DNA from: Erysipelotrichaceae bacterium
GTDB taxonomy: Bacteria > Bacillota_I > Bacilli_A > RFN20 > CAG-449
Assembly: GCA_022772105.1 (NCBI GenBank)
Contig: JALFBO010000004.1
Coordinates: forward strand, 1-32,208
Length of the DNA: 32,208 nucleotides
Direction of reading: 5' to 3'
The notes below the pieces were generated by a model. That model was not told the DNA's origin. It did no database searches and saw nothing but the letters and a program-made list of their open reading frames with translations. Positions 18,951-29,291 of the stretch are shown piece by piece. Each line of letters opens with the position of its first letter. Position 1 is the first letter of the stretch. The position numbers and the translations under genes are program-made.

Positions 18951-19832
18951 ATGAAAGAAATTCATTTATCTGATAGACTTGGTCATGTTACATCGAAAAA
19001 GATTGGCTTTTCATGGTTACATTTCTTTTTTGGTCCTTTTTATTGCTTTGCAAGATTACATTTTATTCTAGGTATTATTGAACTACTTGTTATATATTAC
19101 TTTTTACCAATTCCAGGACTTGAATCCTTATCTGATGGTATTACTTCTTTAGTGGGATCAATGGTTAATGACTTAAGCCCATCATTTCAACAAAACTTAA
19201 ATCGTGTTCTTCTTGTTTTTAGAAGAGGTAATTATGCATTTGTTTCTGGATTTTTCCTCTTCTTTATTCATTTATTCCTTTCAAATTATGTGATGGGATT
19301 TTTCTTAAGAAGAGATTTAAGAAAAAAGCAATTAAGACCTGTTCAAGAACAAGATGCTCGTCTATTAATCAAATATATGGTTTGCGATGAAAAAATCTCT
19401 CTTGCTGAATCTTTTGATTTAAGACAATCTTCTTCTTTCAAATCAGCAGAAGAAAGTTGGTATGAAAATAACGCTAAAAGGATTAAGGGTGATAGAGCTA
19501 CTCGCTTTATGACACGATCTACAATTCTTTTCGCGGGAGATAAAGAAAATTTTGGTAAGAAAAAAGTGCCAGGAACACAAACTATTGAAATTGAATCCTG
19601 GAACGATAATTCATTTGGTGCATATAAAGAAAGCTTAAATAAAGAAACCAAACAAGATGACGAATTTTCTAACTTTACCGATTATAGTCAATTTATTCCA
19701 CAAGAACAAAAAGAAATCAAAGAGGAAGAACTTGTTCTTACAGAACCTGTAACAATGGAAATTAAATCAAGCGATTTAAACGAAGGATTCTTTTCCTCAA
19801 AAAAAGAAGATAAGGACGATTTTTCATTCTAG
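18951..19832 (+). CDS. Hypothetical membrane protein (DUF2628-like N-terminus, acidic C-terminal tail)
   Basis: KIGFSWLHFFFGPFY and further TM segments; has its own promoter, RBS and terminator. Confidence 0.7.
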   Translation: MKEIHLSDRLGHVTSKKIGFSWLHFFFGPFYCFARLHFILGIIELLVIYYFLPIPGLESLSDGITSLVGSMVNDLSPSFQQNLNRVLLVFRRGNYAFVSGFFLFFIHLFLSNYVMGFFLRRDLRKKQLRPVQEQDARLLIKYMVCDEKISLAESFDLRQSSSFKSAEESWYENNAKRIKGDRATRFMTRSTILFAGDKENFGKKKVPGTQTIEIESWNDNSFGAYKESLNKETKQDDEFSNFTDYSQFIPQEQKEIKEEELVLTEPVTMEIKSSDLNEGFFSSKKEDKDDFSF

Positions 19833-19838
19833 TTCATT

Positions 19839-19876
19839 AAGTAATTTCTAGTGAAAACTATGAGATTACTTTTTTT
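19839..19876 (+). terminator. Rho-independent terminator
   Basis: AAGTAATTTCTAGT-GAAA-ACTATGAGATTACTT plus T run. Confidence 0.75.
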
Positions 19877-20040
19877 ATTTCTTTAATGAAAGGAAATAAT
19901 AAGATATGAAAATAATAAAATTATTTGTTTCGATAAAAAGAAAATTTATTATATTGTTTTGTCAAAATAAAGTTAAAAATATATATTTTTATATTTGTTT
20001 GTGCTAAACTTTAATAGTTAAAAAGGAGATTAAATTTTAA

Positions 20041-22209
20041 ATGTCAAAGAAAATTTTTGAATTAGACTTTGCAGGAAGAAAATTGAGCGTTGAAACAGGC
20101 GAAATAGCTAAACAAGCCGATGGTGCAGTTTTAGTTCGCTTGAATGATACCGTGATTTTATCCACAGTATGTGCTTCTGATGAACCAAAAGATGGCGATT
20201 TTTTCCCTTTAACCGTAGGTTATGAAGAGAAACAATACGCAGTTGGTAAAATTCCAGGAAGCTTTTTAAGAAGAGAAGGACGTCCAGGTGAACATGCAAC
20301 TTTAACAGCACGTTTAATCGATCGTCCAATTAGACCTATGTTTTCTGATGGTTTTAGAAATGAGGTTCAAATCGTTAACACAGTTATGTCAGTAGATATG
20401 GACTGTACACCAGAAATGACCGCGATGTTTGGTTCTTCATTATGCTTAGGAATTTCTGATATTCCATTTGATGGTCCAATCGCTGGTGTTTATGTTGGTA
20501 GAGTCGATGGAAAATTCATCATCGATCCAACAGTTGAAGAAAAAGAAAAATCAGACTTGTTTTTAGCGGTTGCTGGTACAGAGAAAGATGTAAACATGAT
20601 TGAAGCAGGTGCTAACCAACTTTCAGAAGAAGTTATGTTAGACGCTATTATGTTCGGTCATGAAGCAATTAAAGAATTATGCCGTTTCCAAAAAGAAATT
20701 ATTAAAGAAATTGGTAAAGAAAAAAGACAAGTTAAACTTTATGAAGTATCTAAAGAAATCAATGATCATGTTCGTGAAGTAGCGCAAGAAAGATTAGTTA
20801 AAGCAGTATCAATTGTCGATAAACTTGAAAGATATAGTGCTATTGACAAGATTAATAACGAAGTCAGAGCTTTCTATGAAGAAAAAGAATATAAAGATCA
20901 AAAAGAAAAGAATGCAACTATGATGCAAGTTAATGATATTCTTGAACATATTGTTGCTGAAGAAGTAAGAAGATTAATTACTGAAGAGAAGATTAGACCA
21001 GATGGTAGAAAGGTAGACGAAATTCGTCCTCTTGATGCACAAGTTGATCTTTTACCAAGAGTACATGGTTCTGCAATGTTTACTCGTGGACAAACTCAAG
21101 TTATTTCCGTTTGTACATTAGGTCCTAAAACTGATGAACAAATTATCGATAACTTATCTCCAGAAGATTCTAAACGCTGGATGCATCATTATAATTTCCC
21201 ACCTTATTCAGTTGGTGAAATTGGAAGAATGGGATCTCCAGGAAGAAGAGAAATTGGTCATGGTGCTTTAGGTGAAAGAGCATTATCATATGTTATCCCT
21301 TCAGAAGAAGAATTCCCATACACAATTAGATGTGTCGCGGAAGTTGTTGAATCAAATGGTTCATCTTCACAAGCTTCTATCTGTGCTTCATGTATGGCCT
21401 TAATGGCAGCAGGTGTTCCTATTAAAGCACCAGTTGCAGGTATTGCTATGGGATTAATTTCATCAGGACCATTAGATGGAAATCATCCATATACAATTTT
21501 AACTGATATTCAAGGTATGGAAGACCACTATGGCGACATGGACTTCAAAGTTGCTGGTACTAAAGATGGTATCACCGCTTTACAAATGGATATTAAAGTT
21601 AAAGGTATTACTAAAGAAGTTCTTGCTGAAGCATTAGCACAAGCTCATAAAGCTAGAGAAGAAATTATGGCTTGCATGATGAAAGCAATTTCTAAACCAA
21701 GAGAAGATGTTGGAAAATATGCTCCAAAAGTTGGTCAAACAAATATACCTGTTGATAAGATTAAAGATGTTATTGGTTCTCAAGGTAAAGTTATTAATGA
21801 CATTATTGAAAAATGTGATGGCGTTAAGATTGATATCGATGACAATGGTCACGTTGTAATTTACCATATGGAAAGAGAACCAATTAATAAAGCTCTTGCT
21901 ATGATTGAAAATATCATTCGTGAAGCAAAGGTGGGCGAAATTTATGACGCTAAAGTCGTTCGTATTGAATCATTTGGTTGCTTTGTAAATCTATTTGGTG
22001 ATGTTGATGGCTTATGTCACGTATCTCGTCTTGCTTGGGAAAGAGTCAACCATCCAAAAGATGTGGTTAAATTAGGACAAACTTTAAAAGTTATTGTTAC
22101 TGATATTGATGAAAAGGGAAGAGTAAATGTTTCTCATAAGGAATTTGCTCCTAAACCAGTAAAAAAAGAAACTCCTAAAGTAGAAGAAAATAACGAAAAA
22201 GCTGAATAA
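20041..22209 (+). CDS. pnp: Polyribonucleotide nucleotidyltransferase (PNPase)
   Basis: [60 protein letters not shown]; KH and S1 domains. Confidence 0.99.
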   Translation: MSKKIFELDFAGRKLSVETGEIAKQADGAVLVRLNDTVILSTVCASDEPKDGDFFPLTVGYEEKQYAVGKIPGSFLRREGRPGEHATLTARLIDRPIRPMFSDGFRNEVQIVNTVMSVDMDCTPEMTAMFGSSLCLGISDIPFDGPIAGVYVGRVDGKFIIDPTVEEKEKSDLFLAVAGTEKDVNMIEAGANQLSEEVMLDAIMFGHEAIKELCRFQKEIIKEIGKEKRQVKLYEVSKEINDHVREVAQERLVKAVSIVDKLERYSAIDKINNEVRAFYEEKEYKDQKEKNATMMQVNDILEHIVAEEVRRLITEEKIRPDGRKVDEIRPLDAQVDLLPRVHGSAMFTRGQTQVISVCTLGPKTDEQIIDNLSPEDSKRWMHHYNFPPYSVGEIGRMGSPGRREIGHGALGERALSYVIPSEEEFPYTIRCVAEVVESNGSSSQASICASCMALMAAGVPIKAPVAGIAMGLISSGPLDGNHPYTILTDIQGMEDHYGDMDFKVAGTKDGITALQMDIKVKGITKEVLAEALAQAHKAREEIMACMMKAISKPREDVGKYAPKVGQTNIPVDKIKDVIGSQGKVINDIIEKCDGVKIDIDDNGHVVIYHMEREPINKALAMIENIIREAKVGEIYDAKVVRIESFGCFVNLFGDVDGLCHVSRLAWERVNHPKDVVKLGQTLKVIVTDIDEKGRVNVSHKEFAPKPVKKETPKVEENNEKAE

Positions 22210-22215
22210 AAAAAT

Positions 22216-22250
22216 AAATCTAGAATCAATCTTCGATTCTAGATTTTTTA
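22216..22250. terminator. Bidirectional terminator between pnp and the VanZ-like gene
   Basis: AAATCTAGAATC-N7-GATTCTAGATTT flanked by A and T runs. Confidence 0.8.
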
Positions 22251-23860
22251 TTTTGTTGGTTTTTAATATTATTTTTATGCTTTTTTGATAATATTTTAAT
22301 TAAGAATATAGTAAATACAATAATTATTCCAAGATTAAATCCTAGCATATCAATTCCAATATCGCTTAATGCACAAGTTCTTTCTGGTGTAAAATATTGA
22401 ATGATCTCACTTAGGCAAGCTAGATATAATCCGCTACACTCGGATAGGATTAAAGAGATATGAGTTTCCTTTTCATTTAAAGTTGAAATCAAGAATAAGG
22501 AAAGGAATAGGGCGTTAAGTGTAAACAACAGAAAGTGTCCGAAAGCTTTTCTAATTATTAAAGTAAAGGATTTGATTTCTTTGGCAAAATCTTTGTTGAT
22601 TACACTTATATATAATCTAAGAGAAAATGATTCATCTTCATCAGAACTAATTATATCAATATAACAAGATCCTTTTTGGAGAACAGAAATAGTGTTATTA
22701 TCATAAACTTTGATAATAGATGGATTTGAAGATGTTATACGCACATCCTTTAAAGTAGTGGATGAAAAATAGTCTAAATCAATATTGTAAGAACATTTGT
22801 TTTCAAGAAGAAATGTATCATCTTGTTGTTTAGCTTTAATACTAGCGTTAAAACCCAAATGATTTTTTACTTTTAAAGTGACGATAGACTCTAGAGAATC
22901 ATCATATAAAGAAATTGCTTTAATAGTAATTAAAGGAGCGCTTTTCTTTAAGATAGTAACTTTTCCTTCATTACTTATCTTACAAGAAGGATAATCAGTT
23001 TCGTATTTTACAAATTTAAAACTTGTATTGGATGGGTAATAAGATACATTTAAATCATATGTTTGGCCTACATAAATATCTTCATTAAGATTTATTTTTA
23101 ATGAGTCGATATCAATAAGAGAATCATCGGTTTTTTGCTCAACTTTTATATAATTAAAAACTTCCTTATTTGCATTAGAAAATGCGTATAGTTGATATGG
23201 TTCTGAAGAGTAATTTTTAATATGTAATATGTTGTTATCTATAAGTTCTAAAGATCCATTGTCATATACAAAAGTTGAATCATCTTTAATATAGTAAGAT
23301 ACTGTTTTATTCGTGGTGTTTTCAGGAAGGATAGTTGCATCTAAATAAATATATTCTCCTTCTTTTATTGTTAAGGTATTGTTAATAATAGATGAAGAAG
23401 AAATAGATAAAGAAGTTGGTAAAACATCTTCTACTTCTAAAAGGAACTCTTTTTCTAATAATATATTTTTTTCAGGAATAGAAAGCGAACTTTTTAATGT
23501 GACTTGTCCTTGTTTTAAACAGTTTACAAATCCTTTTTCGTCGATTGTTGCAATAGATGAATCAGAACTTTCAAAAGTCACATTTTTAAAAGTAGAATTT
23601 TCAGGAAGCACCTTATATTCTAAAAGGAATGAAGATGAAGTGAAAGATTTATTCACTTCTTTTACTTCTAAAGAAGTAGGGTAAACATTACGCGAGTAAA
23701 TGTTCTTGGTAGCATTGTATACGCTACTTATGATATTGCTTACAAAATTTGATTGTGAGGAAGAAGAACTTCCTGGAAGAGCAGCTTCGCTTAGTATAAT
23801 TATTGAAGTTAATAGAAAAAGAAGGAAATTAGTTCTTTGGAATATTTTCTTTTTATCCAT
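22226..23860 (-). CDS. VanZ-family membrane protein with inserted bacterial Ig-like (Big_2) domains
   Basis: N-terminal TM plus SSSQSNFV; Ig-like motifs VLPENSTFKNVTFESSDSSIATIDEKG, ILPENTTNKTVSY and ITSSNPSIIKV; VanZ C-terminal part IRKAFGHF, SEIIQYFTPERT, DIGIDMLG. Confidence 0.8.
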   Translation of the reverse strand: MDKKKIFQRTNFLLFLLTSIIILSEAALPGSSSSSQSNFVSNIISSVYNATKNIYSRNVYPTSLEVKEVNKSFTSSSFLLEYKVLPENSTFKNVTFESSDSSIATIDEKGFVNCLKQGQVTLKSSLSIPEKNILLEKEFLLEVEDVLPTSLSISSSSIINNTLTIKEGEYIYLDATILPENTTNKTVSYYIKDDSTFVYDNGSLELIDNNILHIKNYSSEPYQLYAFSNANKEVFNYIKVEQKTDDSLIDIDSLKINLNEDIYVGQTYDLNVSYYPSNTSFKFVKYETDYPSCKISNEGKVTILKKSAPLITIKAISLYDDSLESIVTLKVKNHLGFNASIKAKQQDDTFLLENKCSYNIDLDYFSSTTLKDVRITSSNPSIIKVYDNNTISVLQKGSCYIDIISSDEDESFSLRLYISVINKDFAKEIKSFTLIIRKAFGHFLLFTLNALFLSLFLISTLNEKETHISLILSECSGLYLACLSEIIQYFTPERTCALSDIGIDMLGFNLGIIIVFTIFLIKILSKKHKNNIKNQQNKKSRIED

Positions 23861-23885
23861 GAATAAATCCTCCTTTTATAATATA

Positions 23886-24950
23886 TTAGATAGATTGATC
23901 GTTATTTTTATCAACATTATCTTCAACTACTTTAATCTCATCTAATCTATCTTCTATTATATCCCTTTCTTCATCATACTCATCATCGATTTCACCAACT
24001 AATTCTTCAAGAATGTCCTCCATAGTGATTAGACCAACAATTTTACCAGTTTTTGACTTAACAAAAGCCATGTGTTGCTTTTCTTTTTGGAAAGTTTTGA
24101 GTTGACGAGAAATCTTGATGCTATTTTTTGTCCATAAAGGATTAACGATGATAGAATTTAGATCTTTTTCGTTGTTTAGTAACATTTCATAGAATTCTTT
24201 TTGATAAATGATTCCATATATTGAACTATATTTATTGTTCTTAGCAATAGGAATACGTGAATAATTATATGTTTCGAATACTTCTTGAATCGTTTCTAGA
24301 GAATCGCTATTTTTTACAAACACAATATCTCTACCTTTAGTCATAATATCTCCTACGAGCAAATCTCCATATTCGATAGTATTAAGAATTAAATTTTTTT
24401 CTATTCCATTAAGTATTCCTTCATCGTGGATTTCATCTACTAAGATTTCAAATTCTTCTTCAGTCATAGTAGGTTGGCTCTTAATACCAAATAACTTTCT
24501 AATGCCCTTGCTAAGTAAATCGAATAACCAAGCAAAAGGGAATAAAATATAATAACAAATTAAAAGTGGGTAAGCAAAAATCAACGCCATATTTTCAGCG
24601 AGTGACTTAGATATTGATTTTGGAAATATTTCACCAAAGATTAAAACAGCAAGTGTAACAATAACAGTTCCAAGTGTTGCTCCAATATTTGTATAGTAGT
24701 TTACAAATACAATTGTGGCAATCGTTGTGCCAACGATGTTAACGATATTATTACCAATCAAGATAGTGGTAATTAATCTATCGTAATTATCTCTTAATTT
24801 TAATGCAATGCGAGCACTACGCTTATTTTTTGCTAAATTTTTCATTCTAATAACAGACATTGATGTAAATGCTGTTTCAGATGCAGAAAAGAAAGCAGAT
24901 AGAAATAATAAAATGAATAAACAAATAATATAAATATAGGGGTCCGGCAT
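23886..24950 (-). CDS. HlyC/CorC (CNNM) family protein: DUF21 plus CBS pair, no obvious C-terminal CorC domain
   Basis: SAFFSASETA, TILIGNNIVNI, FGEIFPKS, YSRIPI, GLITMEDILEELVGEIDDEYD. Confidence 0.9.
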   Translation of the reverse strand: MPDPYIYIICLFILLFLSAFFSASETAFTSMSVIRMKNLAKNKRSARIALKLRDNYDRLITTILIGNNIVNIVGTTIATIVFVNYYTNIGATLGTVIVTLAVLIFGEIFPKSISKSLAENMALIFAYPLLICYYILFPFAWLFDLLSKGIRKLFGIKSQPTMTEEEFEILVDEIHDEGILNGIEKNLILNTIEYGDLLVGDIMTKGRDIVFVKNSDSLETIQEVFETYNYSRIPIAKNNKYSSIYGIIYQKEFYEMLLNNEKDLNSIIVNPLWTKNSIKISRQLKTFQKEKQHMAFVKSKTGKIVGLITMEDILEELVGEIDDEYDEERDIIEDRLDEIKVVEDNVDKNNDQSI

Positions 24951-25126
24951 GTATAATTTTTCTCCTTGTTACATTTAAATATAATAGCATAATGAAAAAA
25001 TATATTCAATGAGGAAGAATAATGTTAAAAGAAAACAACATTAATAAATAAATAAAACAAAAAAATCAATTTTAATTTAGATTTATTTATTTTTTTCTAT
25101 TATTTAGTGATAAAAATTATTCTATT

Positions 25127-25140
25127 TGTAAGCGCTTTTA
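25127..25140 (+). promoter_or_regulatory. LacI-family operator (cre-like) upstream of pullulanase
   Basis: TGTAAGCGCTTTTA differs from the cre consensus TGWNANCGNTNWCA at one position and abuts an extended -10 TGATAGAAT. Confidence 0.6.
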
Positions 25141-25180
25141 TGATAGAATATTTTTATAAGAAAGGGGAATAAAATTCATT

Positions 25181-27886
25181 ATGAAAAAAAATAATAAAAT
25201 TTTTGCGTGTTTGAGCGTAGCCGCTATGCTTGCCACAGTTACTTTTGTTTCATGCTCGCAAAATAAAACACCTGCAAATAAAGAACAAAATAACAATCAT
25301 ATTAATGAAAATGTTCAAGATGCAGTTTCTCAAAAAATGTTACGAATTCATTATCATAGGGATGATGGTGCGTATTCTGAATGGGATATTTGGTTATGGC
25401 CAGAAGGTGGTGCTGGAGATGCAGTTAAATTCACTAAAACCGATGACTACGGAGTTTACGCGGAAGTAGATCTTGAAAGTGGAGCTTATGCTGGTGCTAC
25501 TAAATTTGGTATTATCATTAGAAAGCCAGACTGGTCTGCAAAAGATGCTTCCGGAGCAGATCGTTTCTTCGAAATTCCTGCAGATGTAGGAGATCAAGGA
25601 TATGATATATATTTATATGGTGGTAAAGAAGATATTTATACAAGTCCAGATGAAGCACAATCTTCTGCATTAAATAATGCATATTTCCAAGATATAACTA
25701 CTGTAAAAGCTGATATCTTCTTAGGAAAAACAGAACATACATTAGTTGTTTCCGATATATCTTTATATGATGGGGATACAAAAATTGATATTTCCAATGT
25801 AGTAATAACTTCTGATTCTATTACATTTAAAGTACCTGAAGGAGCTATTTCTTACTCTGGTCAATACACATTAAAAGTCAAATTTGATGCTGGAGTTGCA
25901 TCTTGTAATGTTTCTTTAACTTCTTTATATGATGATAAGGAATTCTATGATGCTTACACATATTATGGTGATGACCTTGGTGTAACATTCAACAAAACAA
26001 GAACTGCTACTACATTTAAGATTTGGGCGCCAATTTCTAAATCTGTTATTTTAAATATTTATGAAAGTGGCACACCAAAATCATTATCAAATGCATTTGG
26101 AAGCGATGCGATTTATAAACGCATTGAATTAAAGAAAGAACAACAAGGTGTATGGGGTGCAACAATCAATGAAAACTTACACGGTAAGTATTACACATAC
26201 ACTGTTGATAATGGATACGCTGTTAATGAAGTAGTAGATCCATATGCAAAGAGCTGTGGTGTTAATGGCTTAAGAGGATGCATTGTTGATTTCAAAGCAA
26301 TCGATGAAGAAATTCATTGGAACGAAGTATCTCGCCCAAATAATATCACTAAACCAACTGATCAAATTATTTATGAAATGCATATTAATGATATGACTAA
26401 TAGTGAAACTGCTGGTACTAAAGATATGGAATTTGATGGAAAATCATATACAGCAAAGAAACTACGTGGTAAATATCTTGCTATGTCGCAAACAGGTACT
26501 ACTTATACTGATGGCACAACAACGGTTACAACCGGTTTAGATCACTTAAAAGAATTAGGTGTAAACACTGTTCAAATCCAACCAATTTATGATTTCTCTT
26601 CCGTAGAAGAATTTGGTTCTAGCAAAGGATATAACTGGGGCTATGATCCACTTAACTATAACTGTCTAGAAGGTTCATATTCAGTTAATCCAGAAGATGG
26701 TTTATCTAGAATTAAAGAATTTAAAGCAACAATGAAAGCATTCTGTGAAGCAGGAATCAATGTTAATATGGACGTTGTTTATAACCATACTGCATCAACA
26801 GAAAATACAAACTTTGAAAAGATTATTCCAGGTTACTATCATAGAATGACAGAAGCTGGTAAATATTCAAATGGTTCCGGATGTGGAAATGAAATGGCTT
26901 CTGAAAAACCAATGTATCGTAAATTCGTTGTTGATTCATGTAAGTTCTGGTGTGAAACATACAACATTTCTGGTTTCAGATTTGACTTAATGAAATTACT
27001 AGATACAGTTACATTACAACAAGTATATGAAGAATGCGCTAAAGTGTATCCACAAGTAACCGTTTATGGTGAACCTTGGACTGGTGGAACATCAACTGAC
27101 ACATATGTTGGTGTTGATCAAACTACAGTAATCGGTACTAAGGGTGTCGGTGCATTTAACGATCAAATTAGAAACTCAATTAGAGGTGGAAATGATCAAG
27201 GCGCTACTGGTTGGATTCATAATGGAACAACTGGTGTACAAAAGATTGTTGATGGTATTAAAGGTACATTCTACGGTGGATATATTAACGCTGAAAAAGT
27301 TGTTAACTATGTAGCATGTCATGATAACTATTGTATTAACGACCAAATTGAATATTCAAGTGATGGTTCAAATAAGAACAATAAGATCACTCAATCAGAT
27401 GCAATGATCACATTAGCGGAAGGTATTCCTTTCATCTACGAAGGTGATGAATTCTGTAGAACAAAGAATATCTACCATACTACTATTAAAGATGGTAAAG
27501 ATGAAGCAGGTCAAATTATTCATAATACATATAATGCACCACTTTATAACACAATTAACTGGGCAGATAAGATTACTAACTTAAAAGTTAATAATATTCA
27601 TAAAGATCTATTCAAGATTAGAAATGATTATGAAGGATTTAGATACGCTAAAAACAGTGAAATAGCTGAAAATGTTACTATTTTATCACAAGGTAAAGTT
27701 ATCGCTTATAAAGTTAAATCTGGCGATAAAGAATTAGTAGTCGTTCACTCACAAGCTGGTGGAGCTTATAATTTACCTGGCTCATATAAATTATTATTCA
27801 ATAATGTTGATGGCTTAGTTAATTCATCTACTAGTATTACTGATTACATGCTTCCTGTAAATGGAACTGCGGTATTTGTTAAATAA
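25181..27886 (+). CDS. pulA: Type I pullulanase (GH13) lipoprotein with CBM41-like and CBM48-like modules
   Basis: Lipobox FVSC; LRIHYHRDDGAYSEWDIWLW; FKIWAP; YNWGYDP; DVVYNH; GFRFDLM; YGEPW; YVACHDN. Confidence 0.93.
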   Translation: MKKNNKIFACLSVAAMLATVTFVSCSQNKTPANKEQNNNHINENVQDAVSQKMLRIHYHRDDGAYSEWDIWLWPEGGAGDAVKFTKTDDYGVYAEVDLESGAYAGATKFGIIIRKPDWSAKDASGADRFFEIPADVGDQGYDIYLYGGKEDIYTSPDEAQSSALNNAYFQDITTVKADIFLGKTEHTLVVSDISLYDGDTKIDISNVVITSDSITFKVPEGAISYSGQYTLKVKFDAGVASCNVSLTSLYDDKEFYDAYTYYGDDLGVTFNKTRTATTFKIWAPISKSVILNIYESGTPKSLSNAFGSDAIYKRIELKKEQQGVWGATINENLHGKYYTYTVDNGYAVNEVVDPYAKSCGVNGLRGCIVDFKAIDEEIHWNEVSRPNNITKPTDQIIYEMHINDMTNSETAGTKDMEFDGKSYTAKKLRGKYLAMSQTGTTYTDGTTTVTTGLDHLKELGVNTVQIQPIYDFSSVEEFGSSKGYNWGYDPLNYNCLEGSYSVNPEDGLSRIKEFKATMKAFCEAGINVNMDVVYNHTASTENTNFEKIIPGYYHRMTEAGKYSNGSGCGNEMASEKPMYRKFVVDSCKFWCETYNISGFRFDLMKLLDTVTLQQVYEECAKVYPQVTVYGEPWTGGTSTDTYVGVDQTTVIGTKGVGAFNDQIRNSIRGGNDQGATGWIHNGTTGVQKIVDGIKGTFYGGYINAEKVVNYVACHDNYCINDQIEYSSDGSNKNNKITQSDAMITLAEGIPFIYEGDEFCRTKNIYHTTIKDGKDEAGQIIHNTYNAPLYNTINWADKITNLKVNNIHKDLFKIRNDYEGFRYAKNSEIAENVTILSQGKVIAYKVKSGDKELVVVHSQAGGAYNLPGSYKLLFNNVDGLVNSSTSITDYMLPVNGTAVFVK

Positions 27887-27900
27887 GGGAGGAAAAGAAA

Positions 27901-28977
27901 ATGAAAAAGACTATAACATTATTACTTGCTTCCTTAGTAGCAACAACAGGCATTTTAGCAGGCTGTGGAAAGAAAAAAACCGATCCATCCACTTCAAGTT
28001 CAAATTCAACTACAAGTTTAACTTCAACTTCAACTAATGAAGTAACAAGTACAGTCACATCGCAAACAATAACATCAAATCCATCAACTACGATTCCACC
28101 TGAATCATTCGTAGAAGTTGGAGAATATACCATTACTTGGATTAATGGTATTGGATCATCTTATCAATTAGTAGATGGTGGGGTATTACCAGGAAAAGCA
28201 AATGGAAACGATAAAATTGAATTTAAATTAGCATTAGCTTATGGATTTGAAGTTGCTCCTAATGTAACAGCAAACGATGTAACATTAACTCCTGTAGATG
28301 GTGTTTACTCATTTGTTGTCACTGGAAATACAACAATCAAAGCAGCAGACTTAGATGTTAATTATGATGAAGTTATTGAATATTCTTCATATTATCTTCA
28401 ATTAGGTAGCCAAGAATTTGTAAATAAAGAAGAAAATAGATTTATTGTTGATAAATATCCAGTATATTCTAATGAACAATACTATTTTGAAGATATTGAT
28501 TTCAATATTGGTGATACATTCAAGGTTTATGATAGCGTAACATCAGCTGTATTAACAAACTATGAAAAAGTTGATGGAGTATTACCAACTGGCTCAGTAG
28601 CGGCTGATGGAACATTTACTTGTACTGAAAAAGGTACATATGCTATGTACATAAAAGTAACTGGTGGAGAAACTCTAGTATATGTAGAATGCTACAATGA
28701 ACGTGAAATTAAAATTACTGGAGTTGAAGCAGGCTATACATATTATGTTTGGTCATGGGGTGGCGAAAAAGCTAACACATGGTTACCAGGTGTATTAGAT
28801 GGAACAACATTTACATTTACTCTTCCAAAACGTGCTTCTGGCTTCTTAATTGCTCAATTTAATGATGGCTTAGCAATTGAAGATGCTTCTTGGGATGTTA
28901 AGATTAAACAATCAGAAGATATGGCTCCTGTTAAAGGTGTAAGCTCTTATCCAGTTGTTTGGAAAGTTGGAGCTTAA
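27901..28977 (+). CDS. Lipoprotein with Ser/Thr linker and putative starch-binding (SusE/F- or CBM26-like) modules
   Basis: Lipobox LAGC; S/T-rich linker; GDTFKV...GTYAMYIK; YYVWSWGG..W..W; 14 nt downstream of pulA with GGGAGG RBS. The binding function is inference. Confidence 0.7.
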   Translation: MKKTITLLLASLVATTGILAGCGKKKTDPSTSSSNSTTSLTSTSTNEVTSTVTSQTITSNPSTTIPPESFVEVGEYTITWINGIGSSYQLVDGGVLPGKANGNDKIEFKLALAYGFEVAPNVTANDVTLTPVDGVYSFVVTGNTTIKAADLDVNYDEVIEYSSYYLQLGSQEFVNKEENRFIVDKYPVYSNEQYYFEDIDFNIGDTFKVYDSVTSAVLTNYEKVDGVLPTGSVAADGTFTCTEKGTYAMYIKVTGGETLVYVECYNEREIKITGVEAGYTYYVWSWGGEKANTWLPGVLDGTTFTFTLPKRASGFLIAQFNDGLAIEDASWDVKIKQSEDMAPVKGVSSYPVVWKVGA

Positions 28978-28998
28978 TTAATTTCTTAAATTAATAGG

Positions 28999-29006
28999 TA
29001 TGTTTT
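28999..29006 (+). repeat. 8-bp target-site duplication, left
   Basis: TATGTTTT, repeated at 31746-31753 directly outside the other inverted repeat. Confidence 0.85.
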
Positions 29007-29080
29007 GGTTCTCTAAATAAAATTGGGGAAACTTTAGGAAAATGTCTCAAATTGATAAGGGACAGCCAAATAAAAATAAT

Positions 29081-29130
29081 CAAAAGAATGGGGGGAAGCT
29101 ACAATGGTAGCAACCCTCATTTTTCTTTTG
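29081..29130. terminator. Long hairpin near the cassette end, probable terminator
   Basis: CAAAAGAA-TGGGGGG-AA-GCTAC-AATG-GTAGC-AA-CCCTCA-TTT-TTCTTTTG. Confidence 0.65.
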
Positions 29131-29197
29131 TCTAAAAATAAATAATGCTCATGTATTATTTTAATATAAATTTGTTTTGTCATTCATACATACTAGA

Positions 29198-29226
29198 TTG
29201 ATAAAGCAAATTTAAAGGTGTAACAT
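29198..29226 (+). promoter_or_regulatory. Promoter candidate for LRR gene 1
   Basis: TTGATA-17 nt-TAACAT; equivalent TTGAAG-17-TAACAT at 30522-30550. Confidence 0.5.
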
Positions 29227-29291
29227 AATATTAGATAAAGAAATTGAGACATTTATCATATTTATTTTATTTATGAAAGGAATATAAGAAT

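Noticed and set aside
994-28133. Short ORFs nested in or antisense to larger genes (e.g. 994-1179, 1580-1852, 3701-3970, 4620-4931, 6949-7266, 16665-16988, 19343-19651, 23379-23684, 25230-25469, 27879-28133)
   Set aside because: They overlap well-supported genes and have no motifs or translation signals; treated as shadow ORFs.
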